NCBI RefSeq assembly: GCF_006345805.1
Contig: NC_043001.1
Coordinates: 92,504,001-92,568,000, forward strand
Source: Octopus sinensis
Taxonomy: Eukaryota
Length of the DNA stretch: 64,000 nt
Direction: 5' to 3'
Part shown: positions 53,226-64,000 of the stretch, one piece after another
Layout: every line of letters starts with the position of its first letter
Numbering within the stretch: position 1 is the stretch's first letter
Notes under the pieces: model-generated
Database searches by the model: none
What the model was told of the DNA's origin: nothing
Seen by the model: the letters and a program-made list of their open reading frames with translations, nothing else
Translations under genes and position numbers: made by a program

Positions 53226-56200
53226 CTGTAAATGAATACAAGAACAATATTACTTATATGAAAAAAAAAATTATATTTGCTTCAGTGTATTCCCTAACTT
53301 TTAATGATTGCTTTAAACATATGCTAAAACACAAAAAGAAATGTCAAATGAAACCAAATTTGTAATCTTTAACCAACTAGAAGAATAATCTAATTTTTAA
53401 ATATGTAATGGGGATAAAGGAGCTTAATCAAAGTAACAAATGCTGTTTGTTAAAGAATTATGAACAAACATGGGAAATAACAATGACAATTGCATTATTC
53501 AATGTCACATACTGGATGTATATAGTATGAACTGAAGATGAGAAATACAAAAGCTTTTGATGACTTTGGGTGAGATGATATAGTGTCAACAGTTATTAAA
53601 TTCTGTAATCATTGCTAATTTTCACTTAACTACAAATGGCTCAAGTCATCTACTTTCAGATGGGTAGTGGAGAAACATTGCTTTTGCTGCAAAACTCAAG
53701 AGAAACATAATTCCTAAATGATTTGTAGTACTTGGGTCACATATTTCCATGAGCTACTGGAGAGCAGTCCAATTCTTCTTGGCATTAAGGAATAGTTTTT
53801 TAATCAATTATCAGCAATGGAAGAAAAAGAAAAGCATTCATGACCTTATTGCTTCATGTCACAGACTGATAAGAGGAGGGTAGGAATAACTGATGGATCA
53901 TTTTCATAATAAACACCTGGTCCAAATGCTTGCAATAGAATGATCACTGCTAAAAGAACCCCCAGACAATAGTTGTAGGTTTTACATTCTATTAAATGTA
54001 GTAGTTGAGAAAGTTTGAGACATAACATTTAGGATTAATAGAGTGGAAATAATGAGGACAAACATTAAAGATTTTCTTGAAGTAACTTTCACAGATGCAA
54101 AGTTAGGCATAAAGATCAACTTTTATTATAAGAAATATATAGCCTATTAAGTTTACTTCAGTAAATCAGTAATGAGACCTGCAGCAGACTGACATATATG
54201 TTATTTTACTACAATCCAAATAGTGTCAGCATTAAAAATCTTACATGGAGCTGTATACTGCATATTTAGAAAAGCTGTACAACTTTTAATAGATTATTGC
54301 ACTCAAGGTAAAGGTCAACCATTACAATGGTAAATAACATGTGCACTGTAGGGAGGACGAGTATTTCAATAATTTCTAAGTCAAAGCTTAAATTATCTAA
54401 TGTACATTGATAATAAGTTTTACCAGGTAGAATTTTTTTAATAGCACCACATGAAAGCAAACTATTCATAATCCTTTGGTTAATTCCAATGAACTAATAG
54501 ATTATGAGATATACTGTCACCATACTAACAATGTTTATTGAAGTTTCACAGCCTTGGTAATTTTCACTAATATTTTAATGATTATACACTAAAATTTTTA
54601 ACCAACATAATCATCAACATGACTACCTAATACACTGACACAGCAAAATAAATACATGTGTAAACAACTAAACAATCTTTGCTTTTCATGTAAAAACGTT
54701 TCCAAATATATATTTATATTTTAATGCATAAATTAATATTTGCATGCAAATTACATGCGTAAAACATTACTGCATAATCACACCATGACAAATAGCAACA
54801 ACATGCTGAAGGTATTTTGAGTAATAGCAGGGTGTGTGAAAAGAGAAAATGAGTGTGTGGTTAATGTCTTTCTCAATGCAAGTAAAACAAAACTGGAATT
54901 GGAAATCAAATTATACCACAAATAACATTTATCCCGAATTTGTCAATACCATGCATTTAATACAACTGCTAATAATGATGATGATGATGAAAGAGGTGAA
55001 AAAGAAAGATGAAGTTGATTTCTTGCTACAATTTACACGACCCAATTTTCAAGAGTAATGTAAGAGGTATTAAAATATTTATACCCAGACATATCTACCA
55101 AAACTATTGTTTTCACATTAATGTTAGGGATGGTATAATGATAATGAAGATGACAAGATTTTCTATGGTGAATATACAATAAATATTTTAGAACTTCGTT
55201 TCAAAATAAACGAAGATGATGAAAGAAAGATGAAATGACATATTTCTGTATGGAGAACATATACAATAAGAATTTTTAGTGTTTAGTGCTGCTGTATATG
55301 ATAAACATAAAATGAAGTTATAATGATAATAGTGAAGAGTGGTACATGGATGATGATGGCAAAAATGTTAATGACATCCATGATGCTAGTAAGTACGAAA
55401 ATAATGTTAATGATGGTGGTAGTAATAATAACATATTTTTTCTACTCTAGGTATAAGGCCTGAAATTTTGGGAGTGGGTCCAGTCGATTAGATCGACCCC
55501 AGTATGCAACTGGTACTTAATTTATTGACCCCCAAAAGGTTGAAAGGCAAAGTCAACCTTGGTGAAATTTGAACTTGATAATATATTGCTACTGAAATGA
55601 TATTAGAAAAGAAATAGCAATTATACTGAAGATGATACTAAATGATGGGATGACTGTTTTAAGTCCAGTATTGAAAGCAAATGAGTTGCAAAAATAAATA
55701 ACATATAACACAAAAACTGCTAATATACAACAAAAAAGCTCATTCACTAGATATCTTAAATGTGCAATGATAAAAAGAAGAAAAGATGATTTCAGAAGAG
55801 TATGTGTGTGTATGTATTCCTCAACTGAATATTCATGGATTAAATGCAATCAGTTCTCACAAAGGATAGATATTTATTATAAAGATATTACAAAGGATAA
55901 ATATTTATTTATGCCTCATACTGTATAATAAAGTCAATTACTTGTTCTTTTATGACAAAAGGACTCCGTCAATGAATGATCAAATGTATTGACTTTGAAG
56001 GAAAGATTGAAATAGGAATCATAAAAGTCACTGTTTGCTCAAGGATCTTCATGGCTTAAATGAAGTGAACAGGGAATTGAAAGAGAGTTGGAGCAATGAC
56101 TAATCAGGAACTTGATTCCTATTGAATAATGTTCAGAAATTAGTTCTTACACATATAAAAACCTTACAATTAAGTTAATAAATGGTTTGTATAATAATCA

Positions 56201-57532
56201 AAGCAATGATTATCATACATTCATTAGGAGTATGTGTGAGAAACTAGTGCAGAATTTTATCTTCGTTTAAAAATCAGTTGTTTTAATATAATGCATTGAC
56301 AAATTATTACAAACCAATGTGAGAGCCACCATGCAGTAGCACAATCTACTAAAAACATCCAATCTTCAAAGAGAAAAAAAACTATGTATTGGATAATGAA
56401 GTCTGAGATAAACTATGTCTGAAATAATTGGATGGTCACAAGTAGAATGTTCACAGATAGGATGCAAAATGATACAGAACTGTCAGTAAATATCTCACTT
56501 CATCTTCCTTCTAACTGCTAAAGTGGCAACAGATGTTGAAAACGTTTCTAGTATGGATAATAGCTGATAGCTCTATCTCTTCAGATCATAATCAGTCTCC
56601 TTCATATCAATAATGGTTTCCTACTAGCTTTAGCATACCTCAAATGCATCTCACTATATATAATACTACCACTTCAGTAATATTCTTTATCACAATAATT
56701 GACCATTAGATTTGTCTGAGATCTGTGGTATAGTAGTCAACACCTGCAGTAATCTATACTTATTATAATCTATGGTGGTTAAATGGTAATCTACATACTT
56801 GTCAAGAGAAGGTAATACAAAGATCTATTCTGCAATGCGACATTTCCAATAACACCAACTATCCTGTTACCTTAGAAACAGTTTTAATTGTAACTTGTTA
56901 AACTTCCCATTAAAACCAACAAAAGGACATATAACAATTTCATTACCAACAACACCACATACACCAAGAAAACAATAAACCACAAACATAAATTGTGTTC
57001 AATCCATCCATAATAGCAACAGTTAATATATGAAAGTATTTCAGTGAATATGAGTGGAGAAAACACTGTGAACAACAACAGCCATAACAATATAAACAAC
57101 AATGGCAGATAAGAAAAAAAAATCACCTTTTCTATTTTTCCTGGAAAGCATTGAAAATAAAAGTGAAAATTAAATTTTAAAAGAAAACATTTGATATATC
57201 ACCGTAAATATTATTAATAGTTTTCACTAGTCTTATGTTTTTCCTTTTGTTTTGGTGGTCATTTATTATCAAGTGCAGCTCTATTTACTTTGGATAAGTG
57301 AAGTGTTTTGTTTTGGATGGTGTTTCTGATTGAATTGAAGTACTCTATATAAAATTGTGCAGTAACTAGTAGTGAGATGTTTTGATTGCTTTGTATATTT
57401 GTTTAGGTATGTGTTAGCTTACTTTCTTTTTTATCTTTCTCACTGTACCCATTATTATAGAATTTATTTCTGCTTTCTGTCATCATACTAGTTATTTCAT
57501 TTTCCAGATCTTTATTGTTATTATTATTATTA

Positions 57533-57572
<40 letters not shown>

Positions 57573-58514
57573 AAACTTCCTCCTAACCTACATCATACAC
57601 ATATTTTCATTTCTTGTCACCAACATTCTCCTACCTAGCATCTTCAAGATAAAAAAAATTATTGTATAATGTACTTATAGATACATAGTCTGAAAATAAG
57701 AAGTGTGTTCATGGTTCGCATGCTTTGAGTTTAGATTAGCCTAATCAGTACAGTCCTGGAGCTGAGCAACAATATCAATTTCCTAAACAGTTTTCTACAA
57801 AAATAATATATAAATCCAATGATGATTTTAATTAATGTGTGTGTGCATATACTTTAACAATTCAGCTGTACAGAAGATGGAATATAAATACCACAAAAAA
57901 GTCAGCCAAAAGGTTTTGATAAACCCATACCAAAAGATGCAAAATTCTACTTCATTTCAGCACAAAATGAAATAAAATGGCTTTTATTTCATTATTATAT
58001 CACTTTTAAAATCTGGCTTGTTATCAATATAATATCACTGGTGTTATAAATCATATTAAAAATTAAAATAATAATAAAATGAACATTAATACCAGTGAAA
58101 CTCAAGCATCTATTTTATTATGAGGATTTAATTCTAAACTTTTAAAAATGATCTAAGTTACTAGATTAATGTAATTTCAAGTGAATGAGGATATACAGAG
58201 TATACACTATAATCCTAATTATTAATAATGACAAGCAATATGAAGAGAAAAATAGTTCAAATAAATATCTAAATTAAATATGTGGCACAAGAACCATAAA
58301 TTTAAAGTGTAGGATACCTAGTCTTTTAAATTCAGTTTTTACTAGATAAAATATTTTCAGAGATATTAACAATCTTTTCACTTGAGTTTTATGGTTGACT
58401 ACTAGTCTAAGCATAAAAACTAATTATTCTCACAAAATATAAAAACCAACAATTTGAAATGAAGTAGAAAAATATGTCATCAATGCTAACAATTAAAAAA
58501 TATAAAATACTTAC

Positions 58515-58560
58515 TTCCTAGAAGAGTCTACTTGGTCCGGCTCAAAGTATTTCACATTTC
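58515..58560 (-). CDS. tutl: 46-nt juxtamembrane exon of the same receptor
   Basis: TTTTGTATTGCAG| acceptor and |GTAAGT donor. Phases match both neighbours and give (G)NVKYFEPDQVDSSR(N). Confidence 0.75.
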
Positions 58561-60289
58561 CTGCAATACAAAATGAGAGCTGTGAGTGAGCATATCATCG
58601 AGTAAATCAGAGATAGTGGGTTAAGAATTATTTAAAATTTTATTTGGTTATCTAAGAAAGAAGGAGAGTGCTGATATTTTGTAATCCAAAGGAAGAAGGA
58701 CAATGTGTATGCATTTTGGACCATAATAGTTTTAAAGGGATTAGAATAAATGCATGTTACTGTTATGGTTGAGTTAATTTAAGTATGTCTCAGATTTTAA
58801 GATGTGTAGGATGCTGTCTAAGGTTAAGTATGTCTACCAGAATGTGTCTGATATGTTCAAATCTGCTGCAGGCATTTTATTATGCCTTTGAACAGAATAT
58901 TTAATTCTGCCTGCCTGCATCAATTCACCTTGGTTTTATGAACAGGGACTTGCAATAATTATTGTTTATTGGCTTAAAGTCCTGAAATCAGAGCAAGGTT
59001 CAAGTGCTTGTGATTCTTATAGGGCTTTTGACAAATTTACATTTTATTTCCAACAACAACAACAACAACAAAAAAACGTTTCAGGATGAGTAGGTTACTA
59101 AGTGTCATGTCATATGTTATGAAAGAAGCTTTTGAATATATGTGTACGAGAAAAATGAAGAAAAGATAAAATGTGTAAGAAAAATATTTGTACCTGAATA
59201 TTGTCTTACATGAAGTGGAGAAAGAGAAATATACACATAGTAAAAATACATAATATAAAATGTCAGAATTCAAGTGAAAGTTATACTGAAATTACTGGTT
59301 AAATAACACATCTTACAGTTTGAAAGAGGAAGACAGTAAAGCACCAAAATTAGTAAAGGATAACATGAATTTGGCTGAAAGGATACATATTTACAGGAAT
59401 ATTTTACAAAATAATTTGATTGAAATAGTTAGAGATAAAATAATCATAAAATACTACCTGTGATATATTTCAAATATTGAACCCACAAAACTAAACTTGG
59501 GTAGGTGTATATAAGTGGAGATGTTAGATGAACATGTGTAAAAACCAGTGGACCTGGTTGCATGCAAGTATATGTTTGTATTCATAATTTAATAGTAATG
59601 TGCCATAGCATAACATTTCACCATCACAAGACCAGTCAACTTTGCTGAAAATAGAACTGTTACAGTACCACCAGAAAAATTAAATGTGTTTCATTGCTGT
59701 TTAATGATAGAAGTGAATCTTATAGAATCTCTCCCAATTAACAGACTGAATTCCCCATTGATTGAGGTATCTGATTACAAAAACAAAGTAGCAATCAAAC
59801 AAGCAGTAACTGTTTCAAACTCCTTAGAAAATGTTGGCACAAGGCCAGGAGTTTTACATCAATTACATCAATCCCAGTACTTGACTGGTACTTATTTTAT
59901 CAACCAGGTAAGGATGAAAGGCAAAGCTGACCTTGGCAGAATTTGAACTTAGAGCATAAGGAAGGCTGAAATGCCATTAAATGTTTTGTCTGGCATGCTA
60001 ATGGTTCTGCCAGCTTGCTACCTTAAATTATTTTGAAAATAATAACAGTGAAGTTTGATTTAAGTTACTAAACTGATTTCCTATTTCCCTTCTCAACTGG
60101 TCCACAGTTTCTTCCTTAACCCCACCTACCAACCTAGCTTGTTCCCCTGCTCCTGCCCATGCTGATGCACTTGCCCCTACCCCTCCAACACCACCATCTG
60201 AACAGGCACCCATCATCATCCCTATCATATCACTGACTCCTTTACCTGCACTTCTAGCAATGTCATTTACTGCATCTCCTGCTCTTTCT

Positions 60290-60974
60290 TGCCCTTCTCT
60301 GTACATCAATCAAATGGGACGCCGCTTGGTTGACTGGTTCACGGAGCACCTCTGAGACATTAGACTTGGCAATGACACCCTGGTTTCATGCCATTTCCAC
60401 TCTACCAGTCATTCATTACAACACCTGTCTGTGTTCGGATTACCTTTATACAGGAGCCATCTGGACTCCCACCTTTGCCGTGAACATGAATTAATCTTCT
60501 CTCTTCGTGCCACATGGGCTCAACTTCCCTCCTCTCCTCTCTTGCTCTGATATCTACTTGCTCTCTTCACTCCTACCCCCTCCATCCACCCCACCCCACA
60601 CACACTAGCACTGACCACTTCCCAGCACCCACATCACACCATCATCTGCACACCCACACATCCACATGTAAAAATCACAAGTCCCTATCCATACACACAC
60701 ACCTGCATCTTCATTTTGTGATCATCAGTACTTTATTATCTCGCCTTCTTCCTAGCTCTCCCGTTCAACTACCATTTTCCAACTAGTCGCCATGATTGAC
60801 TGCTAAATCCACAAGTTCTTTTTAATTCTCTCTCTGTATATTTCCTTGCGTTCCTTTCTCTTGAAGACCGTAGGCTCGAAACGTAGAAGTCTTTCTCATC
60901 TTCCTGAGTGTCAAACTAATACATCTGCTTGTAGTTTATACACATGTCTTTGTCTTTTGTTTTTCTGTAAATTT

Positions 60975-60980
<6 letters not shown>
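60290..60980 (+). mobile_element. Penelope-like element remnant (GIY-YIG endonuclease end plus pseudo-LTR)
   Basis: LYINQMGRRLVDWFTEHL*DIRLGNDTLVSCHF...EHELIFSL, followed by TTGAAGACCGTAGGCTCGAAACGT. Confidence 0.75.
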
Positions 60981-61011
<31 letters not shown>

Positions 61012-61412
61012 TTGCAGGAGTGTATAGTATGCTTGTTTGTAAGTTTAATTGCTATTTTTGTAATGAAAATATGTAGAATCTGATGTAAATAAGTGTACAA
61101 ACTATTATTTATACCTGTATCACAGGTATAAATTTAAATCCTAAGAGTATTTATTGTGTGCACATGTAGTTATTTGTAAACACAATTTGTAATGGATTAT
61201 CATAATCAGAAAATGAAATATCAATGTTTGAGCAAATCTATGAATGAACTCACACACACAGACAGACCTCATGTGCTCATATATTTACATATAATGCTGA
61301 GTGTGTAAGAAAACTTGAATTTTAAATTGTTTTGTTCTTACAAATAGTTCTCAATATTTATTTTAAACTTGTAAGATTTCTTGCAGCACACAATACTGTG
61401 CAAATATCTTAC

Positions 61413-61544
61413 CATATTTTTTGGCTTTCTTTTTCTGTTTTCTCTTGCTTATGATGACAGCTATAATGGCGAGAATGACAGCAATAAGTAGGAAAGCCAA
61501 GCCACCAACAATGCCACCAATGGCTGGCACTGGTAATGCTGAAA
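61413..61544 (-). CDS. tutl: Transmembrane exon of a single-pass receptor, probably protein turtle / IGSF9-like
   Basis: TTCTAG| acceptor and |GTAAG donor. Encodes SALPVPAIGGIVGGLAFLLIAVILAIIAVIISKRKQKKKAKKY, a TM helix plus basic stop-transfer. It resembles turtle/IGSF9 TM regions (from memory, not searched). Confidence 0.75.
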
Positions 61545-62484
61545 CTAGAATAAAAATAAAAATATATGGAAGACAGAAAATGAATTATTTTGTTAAAAGA
61601 AATAATAACTTTCTTTACTTTCTGGCTTTATTTCTTTTATCCAAAATGAGAATTTTGTAATTACAAGCCTTTGACTAATCTATAAAATTTTAAAACCTAT
61701 TCGAACTAAACTTTAAACAACTTTAAACCAGTCTCAGTGAGTTTAGAAGGATATAAACAAAGAATATGAATACTAAATCATTTTAAGTGTGAGTCTTCGA
61801 GTGGATACAACTATAGATAATAGCATGTAATATATTGGGTTAAAAACTCTTGGATAGAGAAAAGGGTGATGGCTTCCTGCACAAATTCACCTCTTCTGTA
61901 CACTACCTTCTCTCTTGAAATTAATAACTGAACACATTCAACAAGAAGAGACACATATTTCAATTTTCTATCTAAACTATCTAGTGCAGATAAAAACATT
62001 AAAACACAAAGTTATATGCAAATTACTCTATTCATAGTAACATAATCATGAACTAGAAATAAATAGCTTTGACTATATTTCCAGTCTCTTCTCTGGCATG
62101 CATGCATGCACACACACACACACACACATAAATACAGATAAACAGACTCTACTATTTTGTGTGATAAAGACAACCTTCTCTAGTGTGCTGGAACAAAGAA
62201 AATTTTGATAGTTACTTATAAATACTAACATATGATAAATCAAATAACCCATCATAATCACACTCAGACAAATACACAAAAGGAAATAATAGTAAAAAGT
62301 TATTAATTAACAAATGTCCAGCTGTCATTTGCAATCAGGATTTAAGAAATGAAACAATATTGGGAAGCATAAAACAATTATGACAATAACAGTTCTAATT
62401 AGAAATAGTTACAAAGTCACCAGCAGAAAATTCACTGATTTTCAAGAACACAAAAAATAGCATAATAATAATAATAATAATAAC

Positions 62485-62534
<50 letters not shown>

Positions 62535-62939
62535 CAATGACAATAATAATAATTCTTTCTACTATAGGCACAAGGCCTGAAATTTTGGGGGAGGGGATAA
62601 GTCAAGTACATCAACCCCAGAGTGTAACTTATTTCAATGACCCCAAAAGGGTGGAAGACAAAGTTGACCTCGGCGGAATTTGAACTCAGAACATAAGAAA
62701 TGGAGCTAAGCATCTCACTTGGATTGCTAACAATTCTGCCAGTTTACAACCCTAATAATAACAATAATGATGGTGAGGATGATGACTTCATATACTTTCC
62801 ACAGAGGCACCTGATGAGAGTGACAACAGAAGGACAAGTTACAATTTATGTGGGGATTTACATAATAGGAAAGATGAAAAAGGAAGGGAAGGAAGAGAAA
62901 TTAGATAAAATATTTACATAGCATACAAACTATGTGAAA

Positions 62940-64000
62940 ACATGAACAATGCAGTCCTTCTAAAGAGAGAGGTGTCTGCACTCAAATCCTTTCAGCCTCA
63001 TCCATCAGTCTCTTTTGCCAAAACCACCAGACAGAGGCACCCTGCTTTGTTGAATGAGGGTGGTAGGCAATCTTCATGATGGACTCAGCTGATAGCTGGA
63101 TCTGTCCTACACATGACAATAGATGTTCAACATAACTCCACAAGCCAATAATGTTCAGACACTGCACGAGTGCTTGCAGTATATTTTCATTTCAGCCGAT
63201 CTTGCCTGATGGTACATCTATGCCTGTAAAGGTTATCTTGGAATAGTAGTGCTTCTCAATAGCATTGTAAGGCCAAGGATTTCTGTAAGCTATCCACAAT
63301 TCTCCAGAACAGAGCAATCAGTTTGCCCTTGTTAACACCTACAGTTTCCTCATGAATTTCATTGCTCTTACCCACTATTAATTCTTTAAATATTGCTAAA
63401 GTAGAATTTCTACTGACTGCATTGTCAGATACTCAGTCTTGGCCTCTTCTTGATCCAGGACTGCAGCTCTGTCAAAGTGATGAGTGGTGGAAAAGCATGC
63501 CTTATAATGGGGACAACACCTGCTCCCTGTCTAGGAAATTCTGCAGGTGGTTCAACCACTATGTGTATCTGTGCATCAGCTAAGCCCACCTTCCAGAGGA
63601 GGCTGGTAACAGTGAAAATGGTGACCCTTTCACAAGAAGTGGAAGAGATGATCTAATGCGGTCAAACACAGAAATTAGGCAAATTCAGGCATTCACCACC
63701 TCAGCTCAACCTTTCAGGGATAACTTCTCTCAGTCCATTTCTGAATGAGGCTAACCATCCTGCTCATAACCTCATCCCAGTTCCTGTTCACCTGTAGGTC
63801 CAGACTGAACTAAACCTCGAGCAGTTTAACCAGATTATCTGTCCAGTGATCTACAACACAGATGGCATAGACATACCCCTTCAAATACAATGCTGCAAAT
63901 CCATCAACTTATCTGGATTCAATTTTTGTTCCTGCTATCATGGAGTATTCTTTAGAAAGATGTTATTTCAATGTCTGTGATGTCTGACATTACAGTGATA
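62940..64000 (-). mobile_element. Second, more decayed Tx1/L1-clade LINE fragment (intronic to the receptor gene)
   Basis: VKLLEV*FSLDLQVNRNWDEVMSRMV..W is a Tx1-like post-RT region, comparable to the 1390-3290 element. Confidence 0.6.

Noticed and set aside
60028-60309. Gly/Ala-rich 93-aa ORF on -
   Set aside because: It is the antisense of C-rich sequence adjoining the Penelope remnant, with no splice or motif support.

Overview
AT-rich, very repeat-dense animal genomic DNA, most likely Octopus or a related coleoid cephalopod. This assignment is inferred from the tRNA-SINE families, the LINE mix and the microsatellite load; it was not checked by database search. Two convergent protein-coding loci are supported. 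(1) A complete two-exon gene on + (13666-13811, 14720-16223; 549 aa) encodes a stand-alone ANL-superfamily adenylate-forming enzyme (acyl-CoA synthetase/luciferase fold) with several altered core motifs. A decayed tandem paralog lies at about 28760-29990. (2) The last three coding exons on - (61544-61413, 58560-58515, 53225-50960) encode a transmembrane helix and a roughly 780-aa low-complexity cytoplasmic tail that resembles turtle/IGSF9; the ectodomain lies beyond the window. The remainder is transposon debris: RLE-type (R4/Dong-like) LINEs in (TAA)n, RTE, Tx1/L1, Penelope, mariner, a DD37D maT element, Tc1, hAT, a probable Helitron end, several foldback elements, three tRNA-SINE families and long microsatellites. 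Almost all short ORFs in the track are repeat artefacts.
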